A DNA stretch of 64,000 bases, taken from the NCBI RefSeq assembly GCF_009914755.1, contig NC_060935.1; one strand, written 5' to 3'. Positions 25,866 to 42,832 of this stretch are shown one piece after another. Under the pieces are notes generated by a model. That model searched no databases. It had not been told where the DNA came from and saw nothing but the letters and a program-made list of their open reading frames with translations. A program made the position numbers and the translations under genes. Position 1 is the stretch's first letter; each line of letters begins with the position of its first letter. This DNA is from the human T2T-CHM13v2.0 reference genome, Homo sapiens.

Positions 25866-27093
25866 GTAGGACTCTGACCCTCTCCCCACAGTCAGACTGG
25901 TGCCAGGGAGGCCCAGTGAGTTTGGTGTGGTGTGGTGTGGTATGCACAAGGCCTGGGGGACGGCGAAGAATGGTGCTTAGTGCTGGGGTCACAGCCTGAG
26001 CCTGAGCCAGCCACGAGGCAGAAAGCAGCCCAGGGGCCTTCTCTGTTGGCCTGTTACTGGACCTTGAGCCCCTAAGGGCAGTGGGGAGGCTCATGGGCTG
26101 TTAGCCAAAGCCAGCTAAAGCACACTAGATCTCAGGTCCTCTTCCCAGGCTTAGAGATGAGGAAACCAAGATGCTCAGCAACTCTAGATCACCTGTCTCA
26201 TCAGCCTAGAGCCCAGGCTGCATCCTGTCCTAGTGGACACTTCCACCCTCTGCCCAGAGACACATGCATTTCCTATCGTGCCTCTGACTTTGTGGGTATC
26301 ACAGAGTGTTGACAGGCTTGTGAGCACATCCTGGCACGCCCGAAAGGACAAACCATATCATGGGGAAGCAGTTTGGCCTCGAAAAGCAGCTTTGGAGTGA
26401 GGCTGAAGTCCCTGCTCTGACTTCACTAGCTCTGTGACCTTGGATGTCATTCTCTCCTGAGCTTTGGCTTAGTTATCTGTAAAGCAGGGCTAATGACATC
26501 CTCCTTGCCAGGCTTATAGGCAGACTAGAGCTGGCAGGAAAAGGCCAGCCACAGAGCACAGGATTTGTTTTTGAGGATCCATCACTCCCAAGGCCTTTTA
26601 GTTCTTGGACATTCCATCACTGAGCCTATTGGCTATAGTGTCTGTCCCCATCGAGGCCCCTGTCCCTGTACTTTGCTTGCTTGTCTAGCAAGGCCCATTG
26701 GGATGACAGGACAAGGACAGGGACACACGACTCTCCTTGTTTTCAAGGACAAAACAGGAAAGTCTCCCTGACTCCAAACAGGATCACTTTTACTCAACGT
26801 TTTTATTTATTGGCCCACCCATGAAAGGAATCTGCCCACACTTGCCCTTATGATCTAGGCCTTTGGTGGCCTGAAAATAGAAAATTTATTTCTAAGATGA
26901 ACAATTTATTTTTATCTTAATAGTGTTGTTTATTCTGACCCAATACTCAGGGTTTCTTGGGACACTATAAACTTATAGTGCACCTGTGTCAGATGCAGCC
27001 CTCACCCAGTGCCCTCTAGTTCCGGTGCAGCTGCCGCAGGGCAGCCTGGACCAAAACTCTATTAAACTGACCCTTCGGCTGTGTCCTTTTCAG

Positions 27094-27165
27094 ACAATGC
27101 TGAGCCAGGACCAGCTGCTGAATGACTCTCGCCTGCCTGCCCCCAACTCTGATGACTGGAGATGA
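27094..27165 (+). CDS. PPFIBP2: Alternative terminal coding exon B (TMLSQDQLLNDSRLPAPNSDDWR*)
   Basis: ACTGAC branch point, ccttttcag acceptor, phase 0, TGA at 27163-27165; candidate ATTAAA at 27896-27901. Confidence 0.8.
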   Translation, partial: TMLSQDQLLNDSRLPAPNSDDWR

Positions 27166-28730
27166 CTTTCTTCGTGGCTGAGAGCGTAGGGAGGCATGTG
27201 TGGGGGCCCCGGAGCCTTTGCTTCTGTGGGGAGCGGGCACACAGCCCCCTCTGCAAGCCCAGTCCGGGCTGGCAGGGTGTCTCAGACAGGCTGCTGACAG
27301 GCATGAAGCAGAGCTGTGGGACAGGTGTCCAGGGGTGGCCCCAGGGTCCATGTGTGTCTTCAACCATGCTGCGCTCTTCACCGCAGGCTTCATACCTTTT
27401 GTACTTTTATACGTGGACTGCAGACCACTTTGTGGGAGGGCAGTGACATATCAGCACACAGACTCGATGGCTCGTGATATTCCTGGTGACAGCCTGGAGG
27501 CTCTCACACTCGAGGGGAAGAGCTGTTAGTTCATAAAACCTGCTGGAAAAAAAGTTCCGAAAAACTGTTTTGAATGTTCTGTAGAGACTGTGTTTTGTGA
27601 AATGGTCACCAGGAGGTCCCTCCGGGGCTGCTTCACAGAACGTGCTTTTTCCATTCTTGGGACTGTGGCTGGGCAAGGCAGGTGTTTAGGGTATGAGCGG
27701 GTAAAGCAACGAGGCTCCTTTCCCACAGCACTGCCTGACTCTATCTCCCGTCATCTGCAAGGGGTATCTGTGCGACTCCCAGCTTGGAGCAGAGGCGTCC
27801 CCAACACGTGCACACCCTGCCTTCTGCCTCCACCCAAGCTGACACACAGCCTCCTCCCAGGCCTTGCCCTTGGAGCAGCTCAGGCGTAATGTCTGATTAA
27901 ATAGCTCCCCCAAGTGGAAGGCCCTTGAGCACCTCAAGCTCCGTGTTTCCACCCCAACTCACCAACTTCCCAAACATGTCTGTTTCCTCTCCACTCTTTA
28001 GTCCTTCCTCCCTCCAGGCGTCTGCTCAGGCCCTTCCCTCACTAGGGAATGCATTTTTCTCCTAGTCCCCTTCATGAGGGAAAATCCTGTCTCTCAAGGC
28101 ACGGCAAAGAGACCATCTCTCAGGAAGCCTTCCCGCATGATCCAGTTACAGGTAGCTCTCCCACAGTGCCGTGTCTGCCCTTGAGCCAGAGCACAGCTCA
28201 CCTTGAAGTTTCTTGTCGTCTTACCATACCCGTCCTCACCACAAACTTGGAGCACCTGCTCTGCACTGGCTCCTGTAGACAGTCCTCCAGTTGCCAAGGA
28301 GATCTGTGCTCCTAAGTTCCTCATCCACCCACTCCTTCGCATGTGTGTGTTAAGAACCTTCCATGCCAGGGCTAGAGATACAGGCATGAATGCCAAGGTC
28401 CCTGCCTAAAGGTGCTTACAGTGTAGTGGAGTACAGACCAGTTTCAAACAAGACTCTGCCAAAGGTTACAGATGCTCCAATATTAGTTTCTGCAGCCTAA
28501 AAGAGCATGTTGTCATTTTTTTTTTATTATACTTTAAGTTTTAGGGTACATGTGCACATTGTGCAGGTTAGTTACATATGTATACATGTGCCATGCTGGT
28601 GCACTGCACCCACTAACTCGTCATCTAGCATTAGGTATATCTCCAGGTGCTATCCCTCCCCCCTCCCCCCACCCCACAACAGTCCCCAGAGTGTGATATT
28701 CCCCTTCCTGTGTCCATGTGATCTCATTGT

Positions 28731-32562
<3,832 letters not shown>

Positions 32563-32625
32563 TATGATGTTAGCTGGTTATTTTGCTCGTTAGTTGATGC
32601 AGTTTCTTCCTAGTCTTGATGGTCT

Positions 32626-33642
32626 TTACATTGTGGCATGATTTTGCAGCGACTGGTACCGGTTGTTCCTTTCCATGTTTAGCACTTCCTTCAGGAGCTC
32701 TTTTAGGGCAGGCCTAGTGGTGACAAAATCTCTCAGCATTTGCTTGTCTGTAAAGTGTTTTATTTCTCCTTCACTTATGAAGCTTAGTTTGGCTGGATGT
32801 GAAATTCTGGGTTGAAAATTCTTTTCTTTAAGAATGTTGAATATTGGCCCCCACTCTCTTCTGGCTTGTAGGGTTTCTGCTGAGAGATCTGCTGTTAGTC
32901 TGATGGGCTTCCCTTTGAGGGTAACCCGACCTTTCTCTCTGGCTGCCCTTAACATTTTTTCCTTCGTTTCAACTTTGGTGAATCTGACAATTATGTGTCT
33001 TGGAGTTGCTCTTCTCGAGGAGTATCTTTGTGGCGTTCTCTGTATTTCCTGAATCTGAACGTTGGCCTGCCTTGCTAGATTGGGGAAGTTCTCCTGGATA
33101 ATATCCTGCAGAGTGTTCTCCAACTTGGTTCCATTCTCCCCATCACTTTCAGGTCCACCAATCAGACATAGATTTGGTCTTTTCACATAGTCCCATATTT
33201 CTTGGAGGCTTTGTTCATTTCTTTTTATTCTTTTTTCTCTAAACTTCCCTTCTCGCTTCATTTATTTCATTTCATCTTCCATCGCTGATACCCTTTCTTC
33301 CAATTGATCGCATCGGCTCCTGAAGCTTCTGCATTCTTCACGTAGTTCTCAAGCCTTGGTTTTCAGCTCCATCAGCTCCTTTAAGCACTTCTCTGTATTG
33401 GTTATTCTAGTTATACATTCTTCTAAATTTTTTTCAAAGTTTTCAACTTCTTTGCCTTTGGTTTGAATGTCCTCCCGTAGCTCAGAGTAATTTGATCGTC
33501 TGAAGCCTTCTTCTCTCAGCTCGTCAAAGTCATTCTCCATCCAGCTTTGTTCCGTTGCTGGTGAGGAACTGCGTTCCTTTGGAGGAGGAGAGGCGCTCTG
33601 CTTTTTAGAGTTTCCAGTTTTTCTGTTCTGTTTTTTCCCCAT
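32626..33642 (-). pseudogene. L1 ORF1p with nonsense codon (CGA>TGA at 33349-33351)
   Basis: ORFs 33349-33642 (MGKKQNRKTG...) and 32626-33261 are in the same frame. Confidence 0.95.
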
Positions 33643-34097
33643 CTTTGTGGTTTTATCTACTTTTGGTCTTTGATGATGGTGATGTACAGATGGGTTTTTG
33701 GTGTGGATGTCCTTTCTGTTTGTTAGTTTTCCTTCTAACAGACAGGACCCTCAGCTGCAGGTCTGTTGGAATACCCTGCTGTGTGAGGTGTCGGTGTGCC
33801 CCTGCTGGGGGGTGCCTCCCAGTTAGGCTGCTCAGGGGTCAGTGGTCAGGGACCCACTTGAGGAGGCAGTCTGCCCGTTCTCAGATCTGCAGCTGCGAGC
33901 TGGGAGAACCACTGCTCTCTTCAAAGCTGTCAGACAGGGACATTTAAGTCTGTAGAAGTTATTTCTGTCTTTTTGTTTGTCTGTTCCCTGCCCCCAGAGG
34001 TGGAGCCTACAGAGGCAGGCAGGCCTCCTTGAGCTGTGGTGGGCTCCACCCAGTTCGAGCTTCCCGGCTGCTTTGTTTACCTAAGCAAGCCTGGGTA

Positions 34098-34190
34098 ATG
34101 GCGGGCGCCCCTCCCCCAGCCTCGCTGCTGCCTTGCAGTTTGATCTCAGACTGCTGTGCTAGCAATCAGCAAGACTCCCTGGGCGTATGA
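34098..34190 (+). pseudogene. L1 antisense ORF0, truncated at 30 aa (MAGAPPPASLLPCSLISDCCASNQQDSLGV*)
   Basis: ATG GCG GGC GCC CCT CCC CCA at 34098; premature TGA at 34188-34190. Confidence 0.85.
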
Positions 34191-34735
34191 CCCTCCCAGC
34201 CAGGTGCGGGATATAATCTCCTGGTGTGCCGTTTTTTAAGCCCGTCGGAAAAGCGCAGTATTCGGGTGGGAGTGACCCGATTTTCCAGGTGCGTCCGTCA
34301 CCCCTTTCTTTGACTCGGAAAGGGAACTCCCTGACCCCTTGTGCTTCCCAAGTGAGGCAATGCCTCGCCCTGCTTTGGCTCGCACACGGTGCGCGCACCC
34401 ACTGACCTACACCCACTGTCTGGCACTCCCTAGTGAGATGAACCCGGTACCTCAGATGGAAATGCAGAAATCACCGTCTTCTGTGTCGCTCACGCTGGGA
34501 GCTGTAGACCGGAGCTGTTCCTATTCGGCCGTCTTGGCTCCTCCCTCGCATGTTGTCATTTTTAATGGGGGTTTGGGGAAGGAGTCTGAATAGGTTCCAT
34601 GGAAGAGATGACACTTGAATTTGGAAACATGAATCATATTTTCCCAGGTATGCCGGAGAGGAAGGGCATTCCAGGTAGACAGACTTGAAACAGCCCAGTA
34701 CAACCTAGGGATTGCCAAAAGTTGGTAGGCTAGAG

Positions 34736-34975
34736 CAGGGTTTCCTGGCCTCTGTGCTGCTGTCACTTTGGGCTGCGTAATACTCTGTGATGGAAATACT
34801 CTGTGATGGAGGCTCTCCTGTGGGTTTTAAGATGTTTAGCAGCATCCTTGGTCTCTACCCTCTAAATGCTAATAGAGGGTAGATGCACCCCTTCTGTAGC
34901 TGACAACCAACATGTCTTTGGACTTTGTTATCTGTTCCCTGAGCAGCAAAATCACCCTCAGTTGAGAACCAGTAG
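34736..34975. mobile_element. MER20-like hAT MITE
   Basis: atgtttagcagcatcc...tctaccc and gttgagaacca terminus; family assigned from memory. Confidence 0.7.
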
Positions 34976-35492
34976 GTGAGAGAATGGGGTCGGAGTTGGG
35001 GGCCCAGGGAAAGAAAAATCTGATAAAGTCGGCAGGAGCAAACCAAGAAGGGCCTTGGGAGCCAGGCCCTGGAGTATGTCCTGGAGAGATGGGGGTGGCC
35101 AGAGTGGGGTCTCCCTTGAAAGCAGTGAAGGATCCCCAAGGAGACAGTGAACAGGGGGATGGGTGAGGTTGGCTGTCCCTCCCCCCCACCCCAACAGACC
35201 GTCGTTTGGGTTTCATGATACAAAGGATTTAAGGCAGTTTCTGGAACCTGACTTTGAAAGTTGAGAAGTTTCTGTGTGTAACCACTCCTACCATGACCCC
35301 TAGTGCCATGGAGAGATTCTTGAGAGTTGATGTGACCCCACTTGGAGTTTTTTAGGAACTGCCCCGACACTTGCCAGTTGTGACCCCCATGGGCATGCAG
35401 AAGCCAACTCACAGGCCAGGCCACGGCCTCCTGACTGCCCAGCAAGTCCCCCACAGAGCCACACTTCATGGGCAATCTGCTTTGTACTTGAG

Positions 35493-35498
35493 TTTATT
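35493..35498 (-). terminator. CYB5R2: CYB5R2 polyadenylation signal AATAAA
   Basis: TTTATT on the + strand about 255 nt past the stop codon. Confidence 0.85.
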
Positions 35499-35751
35499 TC
35501 ACAAAACCACGGAGAAAGATACTGAAATGGAGCTCTTGCCAGCCTCCAAGCAAGGAGGCCCCAGCAGCCAGTCTCCAGCCCCTTGAGCCCTTTTTGTTAG
35601 GCCCACACCCAAAAGAGGAGAACCAGTGTGTGCGCGAAGGTACATGGCAAGGCACTTTTGAAAACATCCCAGTTTACCGTGGTGAAATTGAACTTACTCT
35701 GAAACAGATGAAAAGGGACATGCAAATTTGCTGAGCACATGGAGGTGTTTG

Positions 35752-35924
35752 TTAGTAGGTGAAAATCATGTCCTGGGTATAACCCAGCTTCTCCAGGTTA
35801 GGGTGAGCCGCCGTCTGGATCAGTGGTGGCGGGCCACACACCAGGATGAGCGTGGACTTCGCTGGAGGAGGAAGGTGCTCCTTGATCATGTCGGCAGTAA
35901 CGAAGCCTGAGCTGTACTTCCAGC
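35752..35924 (-). CDS. CYB5R2: NADH-cytochrome b5 reductase 2, last coding exon (WKYSSGFVT...VCGPPPLI...MIFTY*)
   Basis: CGPPP motif of the FNR family; tttcag acceptor; TAA stop. Confidence 0.97.
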
Positions 35925-36830
35925 CTGAAATGAAGGAGATGCAGGAGCAAGCTGAGGGATGCCAGGTGGAGTTCCTGATCCCAGGCCGCCTGCACACCCA
36001 CCCTCAGCCAGGGAGGAGGTGACAAGCTGCTCTACAAAGGCTTAGAAGTCTGTACTACTGCACCCTGCAAAAAGCCTCAGAACTAGTAAACAGCCCTCTG
36101 CAGCAGTCACCCCAGGCCCCAGGCTCACTGCAGGGACCCTGAAGCCCTGCTGCTGTCTGTCAGCTGTCAGCATTGACGAGGAAGGAGAACACAACGAGGT
36201 ATACCGAGGTGTGTGAATCAGTACAGCCAGCTGGAGTTGTCCGGCAGGGTGTGGCCTGGTGTTAGTGGAACTGCGCAGAATTGCTCAGTAGGGTAGCGCC
36301 CTCTGCCGACCAGGGACCTGTATGACAAGCAGGTACAGCCGGGAGCAGTGTGAGAGGCGCGCCTGTGGGGTGCTCTGTGCACAGTGGTTGCTGGGATGCT
36401 GTCTGGGCTGCAGCAGCTGTCTGGGGGCTCAGCATGTCCAGGTGAGGTGGGCGGTAAGGGGTGTGGTGGCCGTAAGCAGAAGGGTGAGTGGTGAAGGGGT
36501 CAGTGCCCATATTAGATGTGTATGTGATGGCTGTGTGGAATGGGTGGGTGTTCACAGTGGACAGGGGCAGTGTCCCTTTTGATGTTCAGTGCAGCGTGTG
36601 AGGTGCTGCTGATGTATTAGACACCTGCTCTCGATTGCCCTTAAAAGCAGGCCATCCCAAATCCTCTCTCCCTCAATTTCTCACATTTCCCATCTGGAGC
36701 CAGAGCCCCAGGCTTAACCCCCACATCTGGTCCTACAAAACTAAAACAAAACAAAGAGACAGAGACCAGTCCTCAAAGTGGTCAAGGGTTGGTGCTGACC
36801 CATGGTGAGTGAGGGCACTGGATGTCGTAC

Positions 36831-36930
36831 CAATGGGAGGCCTGTCCAGGGTGTACCACAGGTCGAACTGGTCTGGGTGAGTCCTGGCAATTTCTTCAAG
36901 CTCTTTTCTGACCAAGATATCCTCCTCTGT
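36831..36930 (-). CDS. CYB5R2: CYB5R2 exon (TEEDILVRKELEE...WYTLDRPPIG)
   Basis: ttctag acceptor, G|gtacga donor. Confidence 0.96.
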
Positions 36931-38108
36931 CTAGAAAAGAAGCAACACTGAAAAAGCCCCTCCAGGGCCATCCTCTTGTTCCCTGGACTGACTACACCGG
37001 TCAGCATACTCATGGCCAAAGCTGCCACCACTCCAGCTGGAGTGCTCGCTGCCAACTCCCATGGCAAACAAGAGTTCTGCTGCTGCTCCTGAAGCTCAAA
37101 CCCTTTGTTTTGTGGATGAAGTTCCTCCATGTGGATGAAGAACCTCCATGGGATGTAGGTTCCCATGGAGCTGCAGTGACCGCCTCCAACTAGAAGGACC
37201 TTAGCCAAGCGCTGGCCAGGATGGCTTCACTCGGAGCTCCAGCCCTGCCTCCTACATCTACACTGAGCTCTAGCACAGCAAACCTAACTGGAACAAGCTC
37301 AGTGCAGGCCCAGGATCTTCTGGAAGAAATGTAATGGGCTCAGAAAGTCCTGTGATAGAACAGCACTGGATATGTGAAGGAGAGGAAAACAGTCTGGAGC
37401 CCCATTTGGGGGAAAGGGAACCAAAGCCAAAAATAACCTGTCACAGCCTCAAAGATAACTGCACAGAAGACCTGGATCTTAAAACTCCTCATGATTCTCA
37501 TCCCAGTCATTCCACTTCTGGGATTCTGTTTTAGAAAATAATCTAAAAGTAATCAAGCGTAGGCACAATTATTCATCACCATATTATTTAGAACTGAAAA
37601 CAGCCTGAATGTGGAAGTTAGTAAATTATAGTGCAACTTGATAAAAACTATGATGAAAATATTTATAAAGCATCTTAAAGAGAAGAAAATGCCTGTTGTG
37701 GTAATGCTGAGTGAAAAAAAAAAAAGCATATATAAATTACAAATATATAACATATATAGAAAAAAGATTTAAAAAGTAAGTAAATATTTATATTCTGTAT
37801 TTTCTGAAGTGTCCACTGAGGACATCTGTGATTTTACACTTAGCAAAAATACAGCAGTACATCTTAAGGAAAAAAGGAATGCTTAGTGCTTAGGGCTGGC
37901 TGAGGAGACACAAAAGAGTTAAATACATGCAAAAAGCAGGCCTGGACTCAGCTTCTCCAGCTGCCAGCAGCCCTGTTGATCCCACTAAGCCCTCCCACAG
38001 ATGCAGGCACCCAAGCAGCATGAGCTCAGTCAATGCAGGAGAAATGAAAACAAGAGCCCAGCTCAGCAAACATTCCATCCTACCACTGCAAGCTCAGCAG
38101 GAACTGAC

Positions 38109-38194
38109 CTGGTTGGCAAAGATGAGGGACATCCTGGTCCTGTCACTGGGGTCCTTGGTGATGTGGCGAATGAGCTGCAACATGGGTGTGATGC
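38109..38194 (-). CDS. CYB5R2: CYB5R2 exon (GITPMLQLIRHI...LIFANQ)
   Basis: GITP NADH-binding motif; ttccag acceptor, CAG|gtcagt donor. Confidence 0.97.
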
Positions 38195-38858
38195 CTGGAA
38201 CACAGTGAGCGAGCAGCCAGCTTTCTCCCTGTCTCTGAAGCCCACAGTCCCTGACCTGCAGCAAGCTTCATACCTTCCCCCAGCCCAAGTTATCCTTTTC
38301 TCACTTCTGTCCCCAAAACTCAAAGCAGGAAACAGCCCTTCATTTTGGTTTTCCTTTCTAATGCAACAGTAAGTCAGGTAGTCTTTCTCATTTTCATATG
38401 GCAAGATGGAAAGAACACTCTAAGTTCTTCAGTGTCCTCATTCATCAAACAATGACGGGTAAATGTGATCGTTTTAAGAATGCCTATTACAGTGCCTGGC
38501 ACATTGTATGTCTCCTTCAAAGACTGCTCTCTTTCTTCAGGCAGTCATTTTCAAGGGATGGGGAGAGTCAGGCTTGAACTGGATCTAGGAGCCCCTGGGA
38601 CAGCATGGGTGGGCCTGCCCAGCTTGCCCCCAAGCCTGACCTGAAAGGTCCCCACAAGGCTCCTGAGCAGCCACCATATTGGTTAGGGGAAGCAGGGTAC
38701 ACAGGGTCAGTTTCAAGACCTGTCACTGGTTCATCGTTCCCACCTTCTACAGCTGGAGGCGAAATCTCTCATGTTGTCCCTTCGAGGATCAAATGACTCC
38801 CAAGTCAGAATGGGTCTCGGGGCTCACTCTCTGGATGGAGCCCCTAGAAGCCTCTTAC

Positions 38859-38942
38859 CTGTGCCCCCAGCAATCATTCCCAGGTGATCGGCCAGTGTTT
38901 TTTTAGGCTCACTCGTCTGGTCTGGTCTGATTCCAAGATTCC
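38859..38942 (-). CDS. CYB5R2: CYB5R2 exon (GNLGIRPDQ...LGMIAGGTG)
   Basis: MIAGGTG motif; ttccag acceptor, G|gtaaga donor. Confidence 0.97.
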
Positions 38943-39585
38943 CTGGAAACACAGAGAATGCTTATGACCTCTGCAGTTCTTGCCTAAAGAGACTGCAAAA
39001 GATCACTGACATTCCTTAGGACTCCCAGGAGGCACGTCCAGCTAAGGGACTGTCTGCACCATTTTAAGCTGGAGAAGCAGGCCAGGGCAGTCTCCTCAGC
39101 TAGCCCTGGTGCTCCAGTGCACAAAGTGGGAATAGAGCCTGGGCTTGGTCGGGGAATCGCCGGGCCTTCTGTTCTGAGGAAAAAGAGGGGCAAGTTGAAG
39201 TTAACACAGAGACTCAAAGAGCATTCTCACTCACGGAGGTGAACCAGTGAGTAAACAATGGCTATGTGAGTAACCAAGGAGCATGGACTCCCTCCATCCA
39301 TTTTTCAGTATTAGCAGGCACCATTTATGTATCAGGCATTGTGCTGGAGATTTTGATACAATGACGAGGAAACACCAAGTCATTCCCCTACCTTACAAAA
39401 GCTGACAACCTCATGAAGTGGGTGTGTGAATGTGTAACAAGTGTGATCATTATGCATTGTGTGTGAATGAATGAAGACTAAGGACAACCCCATGTGACTC
39501 AAATCTGAGGAGTGTACGAGAACAATGGAACCATTGCAGGAATCTTCCTCCCAGCTGGGAGCCCAAGTATTAACCCCTCCAGTAC

Positions 39586-39715
39586 CTGGCCCATGGTAAA
39601 ACAAGCGTCCCCTTGGCCCTCGAAAAAAGATGGTCTCCCCGATTTTCATGTTCTCCAAATACTGAGTCATCTTCCCACCTTCAGGATATTGGGGGTGTAC
39701 ATTTTTGAAGTAGAT
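39586..39715 (-). CDS. CYB5R2: CYB5R2 exon ([20 protein letters not shown]...RGPRGRL)
   Basis: GGKM(S/T) FAD motif; tttcag acceptor, G|gtactg donor. Confidence 0.97.
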
Positions 39716-40005
39716 CTGAAAAGCAAGGCAGCACTGCTTTCACATTCCCAGACACAATGCCACAGCCACGTACAACTAGAAAATGCATTTACTGCTGGAA
39801 GCTTTGCAGAGAAAGTGTTCTCCTCTCTGAATTGCTGTACGCAATCCCTGAAGATGAAGCTGCCACAAGGTTAACTGTAGCTTCACTGCTGGAAAGCCCT
39901 GCCTAGGGCATATGTGCCCTCAGAGAAAAAGCACTGCCCCTCCACCCCACCACCCTCAGTAGGCTTGGAAGCACGAGCTAGCCAGATATGGTGGGCACTA
40001 TTTAC

Positions 40006-40112
40006 CTTTATAATTAGGTCCACAAAGCCTCTGTCATCATCACTGGAGACAGGGGTGTAAGCCCTGACCACCAATTCATTATCGATTTTTGCCAAGAGCT
40101 GGACATAGTTAC
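40006..40112 (-). CDS. CYB5R2: CYB5R2 exon (GNYVQL...[21 protein letters not shown])
   Basis: RxYT FAD-binding motif; ctatag acceptor, AAG|gtaaat donor. Confidence 0.97.
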
Positions 40113-40459
40113 CTATAGAAAAGGCATCAAGCACTGAGTCAAAGCATATTTAGCTTAAATAAGGCCCAGGAATAAAGGACTGAGCTTCAGTGAAGGGAGC
40201 AAATACTGGGGGCACAATGTTAAGAGGGGTGGGAAGAAGAGAGCAGGGAAGGAGCCCAAATATGGGATGCCCGGATCCTAGGCCTGCCCTGCCTCCCTGT
40301 GCTACCCTAGGCAAGTCACTTCACCTCTCTGGGTTTTGGTCTCTTCATCTGTAAAATGGGGGTGATATGTCTGCCCACCTGTGATCTTAGTGTAACTGCT
40401 TTTTGGAGCAGGAAAAGATCATTAAAGTTGGAGAGTGAGTATTAAAAATTACAGAAAGG

Positions 40460-40822
<363 letters not shown>

Positions 40823-42832
40823 TCACTGAGATCTGTGAATAAATTACAACTACTCCATCTGTATCCTGGTACTAGGCACAGAGCAGGCCTGGGCTCACAG
40901 ATACTACAGGGCCCTAGGATTTGGGTACCCATGGAGCAAATGAAACAACAATATCATGTCTTCCTGGCCTATGGCCTTGTGAGGAGTAGCAGTGAAGTTT
41001 TTAACCATGTAACTCTGCCCTTCCTGGGTAGAATTCAATAAACCAGGTGTGGCCAGAGACCTATGGATCATGACTACATCCCACTGTCAGATGACACACT
41101 GGGCAGCTACGACCTGTTGGATCCAAAATGTGAGACTCAAATTACTAAGGCAATTAGTGGCAGGGACAGGAGTGCAATCAAGAGATACTAAGAGCTAGAG
41201 GCAAGAGAAAGTTTTGTAACCCTAACCCTTGACTAACTTCCTGTATGTATGTAGTCAGTTTACTCCCTCAGTTTCTACTCGCTCAGAAACTGAGTGGACT
41301 ACATACGGGAAATTAGTCAAGAGACAAGGAAGATGGAACAGAGAGATGGATAGAAACCAAGACCTAAGGTGCAGGGAGGAGGAGGAGGCAGGAGGAGAAA
41401 AAAGCAGGCAGAGTAGGCACTAGAGGGGCTGGTCCCTGAAGCTGATTCAAGGGGATGAGCCAAGTCTTTGAGGTGCCAACACTCTGGGCTCAGAACAGGC
41501 TCAATGACTCTGGTCATGGTCCCTCTGGGCACCAGGGATAGCCAGGAGTAAGTGAGACACCTAGCTTCCTTCTGAGAACCTGAAACTGGAAACCTGGAAA
41601 GGCTCTTTCATATGCAGCCACCTAGGCCTGGCCTGAGGGTGTCCCCAGGGCAAATGGGGCTCCCTGGCTGGTCCTTCAAGCCCCATCTCTAACTTGCTTC
41701 ACTTCCACTGGGCTGGGACGAAGCAGCGAACTCTGAGGCCTCATATTAGACTCTCCCAGAGGCCTCTACATTACCTTGTCCCACTAACTTTGCACGGCCT
41801 AGGCCAAGGCTGAGGAGATAGTGGGTCAAGGCAGTTTCTAAGCAATTCTCTATCTCAAAGTTTTTCATTCTTTTAGGCTTCCTGCCAACAGGACCTGCCT
41901 GACAGGCCGAGCAGGGAGCTGAGAGACGGCACGCACAACACTGAGCTCTCGTGCATAGAGATGGAGTGAGGGAACAGCAAGGAGGCTCAGGGGCCCAGCG
42001 AGCTGGCTAGAGTGTAATCTCACCACCTGATAGAGCTGAGGTCAAGGTTTTGGCCTGTGCATATAAGACAAATAGGCCACGGAGTAGGATCCACCAGGCA
42101 GGCAAGCAGCACTAGCAGATTATACAAAGCTGCTCTGAATCCCTGATTCTAGCAGTTTTCTACTGCACTAAGACTGACTCAGCTATCTAGTGGTGTTACA
42201 GATTAGAAATGGGATAACTCAACTCTAGGACTCCTAGGGCTGGAATCTGCAACTCGTAGGGCTGGTCCCTCCTTATGTGGGTCTGAGGCCCCTGCAGAGA
42301 ATCTAAGTGACCTTGGGGGCAGGGCACACCTGACTCATTCCTGCCTACCCGCACATTCTGGGCCTTTCCCCGACCACTGGTTCCTCCCATCCCTCCCAGG
42401 TGCACAATACTTTGTAGTTTCTGAATTTTCATATCCATCAGTCACTCTACTTTCACAACAACCCAAGTGAGGTAGACAGGCAGGCCTGGGAAATCCCATT
42501 TCATAGACTGAGGCTCAGAGAGATTGAAGGACTTCCCTTAAGTTCCCCAGCAAGGAGCCTTCCATGAGATTTTAGGCCTTTTGGCTCTAGGTTCAGTTCT
42601 TTTCAATGCTCACTGAGGTACCACTCTCGTGTCAGCCCAATTGGAATAATGAAGAAAAGAAATTTTCTGTCCCACATCCATCCCCCTATCTATCTCCCTG
42701 AGCTCACAGGCTCAGGAGGAGCAAGAGGGCATCTTCCACACCTCAGGACGTGGGAAACCTGTGTTTCTGTTAAGAGAGGAGGGCCTAGCCCCCAGAGGCC
42801 CCAGTCCTGGTGATGACCCAAGCCCGGCTCAC

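Noticed and set aside
34855-35475. 206-aa minus-strand ORF downstream of CYB5R2
   Set aside because: Starts near the cleavage site, runs into a MER20-like element, and has no protein-like features
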